Part shown: positions 57,018 through 64,000 of the stretch, one piece after another
How positions within the stretch are numbered: the stretch's first letter is position 1
How the letters are laid out: the number at the start of each line of letters is the position of its first letter
Virus record (IMG/VR): IMGVR_UViG_3300045049_000270
Origin: a virus
Taxonomy: Duplodnaviria; Heunggongvirae; Uroviricota; Caudoviricetes
Length of the DNA: 64,000 bases
Direction: 5' to 3' (one strand)
Position numbers and translations under genes: made by a program
Notes under the pieces: generated by a model
The model's database searches: none
The model's input: only the letters and a program-made list of their open reading frames with translations
What the model was told of the DNA's origin: nothing

Positions 57018-59513
57018 TTATTGATTGACTTGGCCTGAAATTGTTTGATTAGCTGCAATTGAAGGTTGAGCTTGCGCGCTTGTATTAAAGTCAAGTGCTT
57101 TGAATGCATCAGTCAATGCCATACGTGCTGCGGAAATATCTTGTTTGAAAACTCCACCTGCAAAGGTATGAATAATCTGGGTCACACGGTAGATACCAGT
57201 GAAACTTTCGTTGTATTTGAATATTGGTGAACCATCGCTAGCTACGCCTAATGGATATTTGAATGCAATTAGGAACATGATATCACCATAGGTATAATCG
57301 ACTTGTTTTAATCTGGTCATATCTTTCGCCATATGGTCACGTGGAATAGAAATGTTCACCCATCGATTTACACAGCGTTCTAGATTACTAGCACCAAGCC
57401 AATATGGATCGCCGCGTATTGTTAATTGAATACTTTGTAGATCCGCAGTTACTGGACCGTAAATTTGATCCAGGATGGCACCATATATTGAGCGATCTCG
57501 AGTATAATATGCTGGTAATGGTCCTGCACCATAAGTTGTAGGACTTGGTGCTTGTTTTATTGAAACTGGCAATCTTGGAACCTGCGTATTGGATAACTGA
57601 TCTTCAGCATATAAAATATTAGAGCGACTTTGATCTGGTCTTTGTTTACTCAATAAGAAGTCCTGATTTGTTTGTGAAGCGGCACTTGATACTTGGGTTT
57701 TTAGTGAACCAATTTGATTACTTTTTCTAGTAATAGAATCTCGAATTTCTGATTCTTTTGCTTGTATCTCGGTTAGTTTCTGATCATTTGATCCATTGTT
57801 ATTGGTATTTTTCAGTTGTGATTCGGTGGCTTCGAGCTCAGTCAATTGTTGTTTCAATGAATTATTCTGCTCAACCAAATTCTGCATTTGTGCAGCCAGA
57901 GCATTATAATCCTGAGCATCTTGACGTGCTTTTGCCTGATCCGTCATAGCAACATTCGATCCTTGCAGACCATACAAATATGGTAAAGTTGCAGACCAGT
58001 TCAAGTTAAATTTGAAATCGAAAGATAAAACTTCAGTATTCAAACCAGTAAACAAATAATCATAACGCTTGACCATATACGCACTTTCTGTGAAGTTTGT
58101 TATTTTGGTTATTTGATTATTCGTTATGTTTGCATTCGTGATATCTGATTCCGAGATGATAGGTTTGGTTGTAAAATAGCTCAGAATGTTGAAAGTGACA
58201 GTCTTTGCGTATTGATTCACGGTAGCCAAATAATCACCAAAATCAACTGTAGGTTCATGACGGAATACAATACAGTTTCTTGTGGATTGATCAGGTTTGT
58301 CGATATCGCCATCAGTCATAACATCTTTTGCATACTTCTGTGCATCTGGGCAACTCACAAAAAGTTGTTCAATAACATCAGTGAGATTAGTACCCTTTGC
58401 AAATGCTGCTTTGTGTGGTGTGGCTTTATCAACTCCTTCTTCTGAACTTAATGGATTACTTCTTATATCACTGAAATCGATTTGGCTTGGTGATAGCGAC
58501 CATTTCGAAGGATCGATTGTTTTGCCGTTCATAATGAATGGAACCAAGTTAAATTGGTATTGTGTCACTTGGGAGCCATACATAATCAGATTATTACTAT
58601 TCAATGCTGATGCTAAGTCATTCAGCATTTGGCCTATAGTCGAACCTTTTGGTAGATATGGGAACGGTAATTTTAAATCTAATTCTTCATAAATGTCTTC
58701 TTCGGCAGGGATACAAGTAATTGTATATGTACTACCGGCAGCATTTGCTTCAACTGCAATATTTGAAATGGCTACTTGGTATAACCATGAGCCACTATTT
58801 GGAAAATCAACACAAGGATTTTTGTCGAATAAACCATTGTCGTCATAACCTTTGAATGTTACTTCAATAAAATAATAGAACTTGCTGAAGTTGCTGATGC
58901 CAAGTTCTGCTGCTGACTGCGCGATCATATCAAAAAAACTAACACCAAGTGGTTCCTTGATGATCAATGTGAATTCGGTAGCGGCAACTGATCTAGTTAC
59001 ATGGTTGGGTGCGGGAATTGTCTTTATTGTGAGACTGTCAACAGCTAGACCAGTAACACCAGATTGAGCAATTGTGGTTGACTTTCTATCCGCCACCGCT
59101 TGGCGAGCAGCCGTCCAAGATTTGGTAGTTGAAAACGAAATTGGTGTATCATCCGTAATGAAGAAACGAATGTTATATGTGGCTTGATTTACACTTGACA
59201 GAACATTAGGTTGCCAAGATGTATCGTTCGCATTGCTTAGAATCTGAGCCCCAACTGCTGCCGTTGTAGAATCTGACAAAGGCGTTGATGTAACCAAATT
59301 GCTTGTAAATGTTCCTGATTGTGCGGCAACATTATTGGCAATATTTGGGCTTATAGTCGTGAATAGCGTGCTATTACCCAATGTGGCCAATCCAGAAGTA
59401 TTTGCAGTATCAGTTACTACTGATTTTGTAGCAAAAGTGGGCGGTGCTAATTTGGAAACCTTCTGGTTTTGAGCCACATTACCAGTAGGTGTTGAATCTG
59501 TAAAATCAGCCAT
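57018..59513 (-). CDS. baseplate hub protein (gp27-like, putative)
   Basis: I.EPLG, LTIRGDPYWL, FTGIYRVTQIIHTFAGGVFKQ; lies immediately upstream of the spike gene. Confidence 0.65.
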   Translation of the reverse strand: MADFTDSTPTGNVAQNQKVSKLAPPTFATKSVVTDTANTSGLATLGNSTLFTTISPNIANNVAAQSGTFTSNLVTSTPLSDSTTAAVGAQILSNANDTSWQPNVLSSVNQATYNIRFFITDDTPISFSTTKSWTAARQAVADRKSTTIAQSGVTGLAVDSLTIKTIPAPNHVTRSVAATEFTLIIKEPLGVSFFDMIAQSAAELGISNFSKFYYFIEVTFKGYDDNGLFDKNPCVDFPNSGSWLYQVAISNIAVEANAAGSTYTITCIPAEEDIYEELDLKLPFPYLPKGSTIGQMLNDLASALNSNNLIMYGSQVTQYQFNLVPFIMNGKTIDPSKWSLSPSQIDFSDIRSNPLSSEEGVDKATPHKAAFAKGTNLTDVIEQLFVSCPDAQKYAKDVMTDGDIDKPDQSTRNCIVFRHEPTVDFGDYLATVNQYAKTVTFNILSYFTTKPIISESDITNANITNNQITKITNFTESAYMVKRYDYLFTGLNTEVLSFDFKFNLNWSATLPYLYGLQGSNVAMTDQAKARQDAQDYNALAAQMQNLVEQNNSLKQQLTELEATESQLKNTNNNGSNDQKLTEIQAKESEIRDSITRKSNQIGSLKTQVSSAASQTNQDFLLSKQRPDQSRSNILYAEDQLSNTQVPRLPVSIKQAPSPTTYGAGPLPAYYTRDRSIYGAILDQIYGPVTADLQSIQLTIRGDPYWLGASNLERCVNRWVNISIPRDHMAKDMTRLKQVDYTYGDIMFLIAFKYPLGVASDGSPIFKYNESFTGIYRVTQIIHTFAGGVFKQDISAARMALTDAFKALDFNTSAQAQPSIAANQTISGQVNQ

Positions 59514-59515
59514 AA

Positions 59516-59821
59516 TTAACCAAGAAGCGATTGAATGCGAGATTTTGTCGGAACATAGATTGACATACCGGCAGTCATATCCCAGATTGGATCACGAATA
59601 AGATCGACATTTCTAACCATAAACACCCACCAGTAAGCAGGAGTCTGATACAATTCATAACTCAAAGCATCTGGTCGATATTGATATCGAGGATCCAGTG
59701 ATGCAATAAATTGATCGGTAGAATCAGCTGGTATATTACGATATTGAATTGGTCCAATATACCAGCTTGTTTGTGGTGTTGTGAAATATGGTGATGATGC
59801 AGGGTAAACAATCTTAGTCAT
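59516..59821 (-). CDS. baseplate wedge protein, gp53/LysM-like
   Basis: YQYRPDALSYELY....WWVF...N....DPIWD..G..IYVP. Confidence 0.8.
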   Translation of the reverse strand: MTKIVYPASSPYFTTPQTSWYIGPIQYRNIPADSTDQFIASLDPRYQYRPDALSYELYQTPAYWWVFMVRNVDLIRDPIWDMTAGMSIYVPTKSRIQSLLG

Positions 59822-60720
59822 TAGATCCAACCTTTCGAACGCATAAGTTCGCCCGTTCTGAATTTATCCAAATCAAAATCTTTTCTCATGGCGGTTGGCG
59901 TGTGTTGAACAACTAAGGAAACCGAGATTTGCATTAAGGATGGCAAACGCACATGGCCACCAGCAACTTGGATTGTCACATAGTCAACTGTGTTGTCTAA
60001 TGTATATGAATGATTCATCACAATAACTGGTAAATCATTAAACATGTAATCACCATAACCGCTTAAGAGTAATACTGGTGGTGGCATGCCGGCCAAGGAA
60101 GGATTTGATTGACCAAAATACATCTTACTCACTGTTCTCAAAAAATGTATTGAAGCGAGTAAATATTCTCCTTCGCGTTGATTTTGCAATGACCATTGAC
60201 CAGATATATCAATCTTCGTACTTGGTGTATTTTTATATGCGTAATAATCTTGATTACTATGTATAAAATGTAATGGTTCGTACTCTACCGCTTGATTCCA
60301 TGAAATCGTTGGTGTGTATGGAAAGAACATACCATTCGTTTCATACAGAATATTCAATATATTATTCGTACCGTTGGGCCCATAAACTTTCTGTTGTGCT
60401 GATACTTGTGGACGTATACGAACACGAAAATCAACAGAATTACCAATGCTGCCTGTTTGGTTAGCCGTAGATCCAAAAATACTATTCGAAATATTTGAGA
60501 TTTCGGAATTGATACCACCAGTAAGGCCAGTAAGAGTTGCTGGCAAACCACTAAGGCTGGACGTCAAGCCTGTAGTTAGGCTACTAGCGGTTTGAGTGAA
60601 ACTAGCTGGAATGCTAAGAGCATCACTGCTTATATTGGTGCCACCAGTAATGCTAAAGCCATTTAGAGAAGTAGTGGTACTACCGACTGAATTTGGCAAA
60701 GAAAAATTAAAATCACTCAT
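59821..60720 (-). CDS. tail tube initiator / baseplate protein (gp48/54-like, putative)
   Basis: FPYTPTI, HFLRTVSKMYFG, PPPVLLLSGYG..FN.LPV. Confidence 0.65.
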   Translation of the reverse strand: MSDFNFSLPNSVGSTTTSLNGFSITGGTNISSDALSIPASFTQTASSLTTGLTSSLSGLPATLTGLTGGINSEISNISNSIFGSTANQTGSIGNSVDFRVRIRPQVSAQQKVYGPNGTNNILNILYETNGMFFPYTPTISWNQAVEYEPLHFIHSNQDYYAYKNTPSTKIDISGQWSLQNQREGEYLLASIHFLRTVSKMYFGQSNPSLAGMPPPVLLLSGYGDYMFNDLPVIVMNHSYTLDNTVDYVTIQVAGGHVRLPSLMQISVSLVVQHTPTAMRKDFDLDKFRTGELMRSKGWI

Positions 60721-61258
60721 TTTGGACACCCAAGCCCTGACGGACGCATTTATATATTTCTTGCGCTACCGTAATGCTTTTGATGGGAACCATTTTTTGG
60801 AAGTTCACAAAATTGCCTTCCGAAGCCCATTTTCTTGCGGCAGTAGCGCTGTAATCATGGACATCACGTGGAATTACGATCACCTCGATCGATTGCAAGC
60901 CAATTCTTTTTTCTGGTTCTGGATGATTGATATAATTGTTCAAAGCTGTTTCGAACGAATTTTCTCGATCTTGACCAACAACCAAAGTGCCATGCAAATA
61001 CCCTTCTTTTGCCAATTCACGACATGCTGAGAAAACGTTCATGGTATCTACTATATTGACACCAGGAAAGCATTGTTTGGCAAAATCAAGCTTCTTTTCT
61101 ACGACTAGTGGATTATTCTTTTTGTCATGTGTCCTAGTTAAAAACACACGATGATCGCACTTTTTTTCATCTGCCAAGTCTAAGACTCGTTTTACCAATT
61201 TCTCGTGTCCTTTTGTTGGCGGATTCATACGGCAGATCGTAAAAACAATTTTATCCAT
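60713..61258 (-). CDS. cytidylyltransferase-like (HxGH) nucleotidyltransferase
   Basis: RMNPPTKGHEKL, KNNPL, VVGQDR, SATAAR. Confidence 0.75.
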   Translation of the reverse strand: MDKIVFTICRMNPPTKGHEKLVKRVLDLADEKKCDHRVFLTRTHDKKNNPLVVEKKLDFAKQCFPGVNIVDTMNVFSACRELAKEGYLHGTLVVGQDRENSFETALNNYINHPEPEKRIGLQSIEVIVIPRDVHDYSATAARKWASEGNFVNFQKMVPIKSITVAQEIYKCVRQGLGVQNE

Positions 61259-61272
61259 GATTTTTACCCAAG

Positions 61273-61296
61273 TATTTATTCGTTAAATTAAATGCC
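61273..61296 (-). promoter_or_regulatory. late promoter GGCATTTAAT-N7-ATAAATA heading the baseplate operon
   Basis: Bipartite motif at the divergence between the baseplate operon and gp55. Confidence 0.65.
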
Positions 61297-61385
61297 ACTA
61301 TAACTGGTTTATTGATATTAACCAGATATTTCATTACTCTAGGTGAAACAATAAACGGACTTTTGTCCATTAATTAAGAATTACA

Positions 61386-62261
61386 ATGACTGATAAAGTA
61401 GAAACAAGTACCACCTCTGCTAACGGCAAGGTTAAGTATATCACTAACAAAGAACTTCTCGCTGAAATTCATAAGAGCAAGAATTCATATTGTGTGTACA
61501 TTGATCCTAAATATGCTGCCTACGATGCTATAGTTCATAGCCTTAGTGAAATCACAGACGAACTGATTCAAGCCACTAAAGTCGAAAAAGCCCGCCTTAT
61601 TGTACAACAAGCCAAGGCAAAACAGCGTGAAGCTGGCAAAAAGCCATATGAAATCAAGGTTGACGATGTCAAGCCAGAGGACTTACCCACGGAATCTATC
61701 GTATTCCGTGTTATGACACCTCATCACCTACCACTTGATCCTGATCGTAAGCGCCGTGGAAAAGGGGAGGAAGGCAACTATGTCAAAACTCCATTTCTTC
61801 CATTCAAACATTTCATCATAGTTGACGGGAACCCAACAGAAGTTGGACGTAGTCACTGGACTGGTACCATCCAAGATGGTAAGTTTGATATGACGCATGG
61901 ACAGATTAGCCATCGCCTGGCTGTAATGTTTATGATGTTGGTTGATCGTTATTCTAGACGTTCGAACTGGCGCGGTTATACGTATCTGGATGAAATGAAG
62001 AGTCATGCTTTATTGCAGCTTTCACAGATTGGCCTTCAATTTGATGAATCAAAATCCGATAATCCATTTGCTTTTTACACAACTACGATTAAGAACTGTT
62101 TTACTCGTATTTTGAATCTTGAGAAGAAAAATCAAAATATCCGTGATGACATCTTGATTATGCACGGTGTAAATCCTTCTTATACTCGACAAAATGAGCA
62201 TGAATATGCCAATGTAGAAGGTCCTAGCGAAGTAATCGATCGTACTGCCGACCACAAATAA
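61386..62261 (+). CDS. late-transcription sigma factor, T4 gp55-like
   Basis: YITNKELL, NWRGYTYLDEM, FDESKSDNPFAFYT; synteny with gp47 and gp46. Confidence 0.85.
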   Translation: MTDKVETSTTSANGKVKYITNKELLAEIHKSKNSYCVYIDPKYAAYDAIVHSLSEITDELIQATKVEKARLIVQQAKAKQREAGKKPYEIKVDDVKPEDLPTESIVFRVMTPHHLPLDPDRKRRGKGEEGNYVKTPFLPFKHFIIVDGNPTEVGRSHWTGTIQDGKFDMTHGQISHRLAVMFMMLVDRYSRRSNWRGYTYLDEMKSHALLQLSQIGLQFDESKSDNPFAFYTTTIKNCFTRILNLEKKNQNIRDDILIMHGVNPSYTRQNEHEYANVEGPSEVIDRTADHK

Positions 62262-62319
62262 CAATTTTGGTTCTGTCTGAGAGCGCGCATATAATCGCGC
62301 TACATTAATAGGATAAAGC

Positions 62320-63333
62320 ATGGCACTATTCGATAAAATCGTAGGGTTCACAGATATCCATTTCGGCAGAAAAGGCAATGATCGACAGGCGAACCAGGAT
62401 AATGAGAATTTCATTTCCTGGTTTATCGAAGAAGCGCACGCTTGGGGAGCAAAGCAGTGCGTCTTTCTTGGCGATTGGCACGATAATCGCCACAATCTGC
62501 ATGTTGGTACATTGAGTTCTTCATTGTCCAATTTGGAACGTCTAAGTAAAGCATTTGACAAAGTATGGTTCATTCCAGGTAATCATGATTTGTTTTATCG
62601 AGAAAAGCGCGATATTAGTAGTATTGAATTTGCGCGAAATATTGGCAATATCGAGATTATCAATGAAGTAAGAGTGGAAGGTGATGTGGCATTTATGCCA
62701 TGGTTGGTTTCTGAAGAATGGAAACAGATCCCAGAAATCAAATCTCGTTATATGTTTGGTCATTTTGAATTGCCAAATTTCTTCATGAATGCAATGGTTG
62801 AAATGCCAGATCATGGCGGTTTGAATCAAACTCATTTTCAAAACCAAGAATATGTTTTCAGTGGTCACTTCCATAAGCGTCAAGCTCGTGGTAAGGTGAT
62901 CTATATTGGCAATGCGTTCCCATTCAGTTTTGCTGATGCTTGGGACGATGATCGCGGTATGTTGCTCTTGGAATGGGGACAGGAACCATTCTTTAAGGAA
63001 TGGCCTGGTGCTCCAACATATAGAACAATGAAGCTAACTGAGGTTCTTGAGGCACCTGAGAAGTTCATTGTTGGTAAGAGTTATAATCGAATTAGCATTG
63101 ACTGTGATATCTCATATGAGGAAGCACAGTTTGTAAAAGAGACTTTTATCGCGCAATTTGGTGCTCGTAAGATTGATTTGGTGCCTTTGAATAAGGAAGA
63201 AGCCGATCAAGAATTTGACGACAACGTTATTTTCCAGAGTATCGATCAGATCGTTATTGAGGGTCTGAACTCAGTGCAATCAACTGGTATAGATACAAAG
63301 ACGCTGGTTGAGATTTACAAAGGTCTTCAGTAA
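62320..63333 (+). CDS. recombination nuclease subunit, gp47/Mre11/SbcD-like
   Basis: DIHFG, GDWHD, GNHD, GHFE, SGHFH. Confidence 0.92.
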   Translation: MALFDKIVGFTDIHFGRKGNDRQANQDNENFISWFIEEAHAWGAKQCVFLGDWHDNRHNLHVGTLSSSLSNLERLSKAFDKVWFIPGNHDLFYREKRDISSIEFARNIGNIEIINEVRVEGDVAFMPWLVSEEWKQIPEIKSRYMFGHFELPNFFMNAMVEMPDHGGLNQTHFQNQEYVFSGHFHKRQARGKVIYIGNAFPFSFADAWDDDRGMLLLEWGQEPFFKEWPGAPTYRTMKLTEVLEAPEKFIVGKSYNRISIDCDISYEEAQFVKETFIAQFGARKIDLVPLNKEEADQEFDDNVIFQSIDQIVIEGLNSVQSTGIDTKTLVEIYKGLQ

Positions 63334-63335
63334 CG

Positions 63336-64000
63336 ATGTTAAAAATAAAGAGTGTTTCGATGCGTAATTTCTTGAGTGTTGGTAATGCCACTCAAGCAGT
63401 TGTGCTTAATAAAGAAGGATTGACGCTAGTTCTTGGTGAAAACTTGGATAATGGCGGTGTCAATAGTCGTAACGGAGTTGGTAAATCAACGCTTTTGCAA
63501 GCTGTTAGTTTTGGTTTATTTGGCCAACCATTAACCAATATCAAGAAAGATAATCTGATCAACAACATTAATGGCAAGAACCTCGTCGTTAGTATTGACT
63601 TTGAAAAAGATGGCAAAGCTTATCGTATTGAGCGTGGTCGCAAACCCACATTCATGCGATATTATGTTGGTGATAATCTAGTACAAGATCCAACAAATGA
63701 TGAAGCTCAGGGTGAAAATAAGTTCACCCAGATCGAAATCGAACGGGTACTCGGTTTCAGCCATGACATGTTTCGCCATATCATTGCTCTGAATACGTAT
63801 ACTGAACCATTCTTGAAAATGCGACCTGGTGATCAACGCCAGATCATTGAAGAATTGTTGGGTATTACGCAACTTAGTACTCGTGCTGATGTTCTGAAGG
63901 AACTAATCAAGAATACAAAAGATAGCATTCGTGATGAAGAAGCACGAATCAAGGCAGTAATTGCGCAGAACGATAAAATGCGGTCTACCATTAGTGACTT
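63336..64000 (+). CDS. recombination ATPase subunit, gp46/Rad50/SbcC-like (partial, runs off window end)
   Basis: MLKIKSVSMRNFLSVGN...NGVGKSTLLQA (Walker A); absent from the ORF track because it has no stop in the window. Confidence 0.92.
   Translation, partial: MLKIKSVSMRNFLSVGNATQAVVLNKEGLTLVLGENLDNGGVNSRNGVGKSTLLQAVSFGLFGQPLTNIKKDNLINNINGKNLVVSIDFEKDGKAYRIERGRKPTFMRYYVGDNLVQDPTNDEAQGENKFTQIEIERVLGFSHDMFRHIIALNTYTEPFLKMRPGDQRQIIEELLGITQLSTRADVLKELIKNTKDSIRDEEARIKAVIAQNDKMRSTISD

Noticed and set aside
1-64000. tRNA/rRNA genes and alternative genetic code
   Set aside because: No cloverleaf or T-loop signatures were seen in the intergenic gaps, and long genes read through in code 11 with all three stop codons used.

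Overview
This window is part of a large, AT-rich, T4-like (jumbo-type) myovirus genome. The + strand from 1 to about 21.2 kb carries early/middle genes: a translationally coupled array of small paralogues sharing a C-terminal D-x(2-3)-A-x-x-F-K-L-x-W motif, RNase H/5'-3' exonuclease, a CYTH protein, glutaredoxin, a GC-rich MoxR AAA+/VWA pair, NADAR, ClpP, a frameshifted RNA ligase, a Pnkp-like phosphoesterase, an HNH protein, folA and thyA. A free-standing GIY-YIG endonuclease lies between thyA and a second copy of the thyA 3' end. The - strand from about 21.2 to 61.3 kb carries tail fibre and baseplate genes (gp6-, gp25-, gp5- and gp53-like, plus a 3605-aa wedge protein). These are interrupted by a ~13 kb enzyme cluster (glycosyltransferase-like, radical SAM, carbamoyltransferase, SGNH-like, PP-loop-like, 2OG-Fe oxygenase). 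The window ends with gp55 late sigma, gp47 and the start of gp46. The most notable unexplained signals are: (1) a four-copy structured intergenic repeat at two distant loci, containing CsrA/RsmA-consensus words and flanked on one side by G/T skew; (2) the FKLxW cassette-like gene array; (3) the thyA 3'-end duplication around the homing endonuclease; (4) a bipartite late-promoter motif; and (5) the modification cluster among the tail genes. All calls come from reading motifs by eye; no database searches were run.
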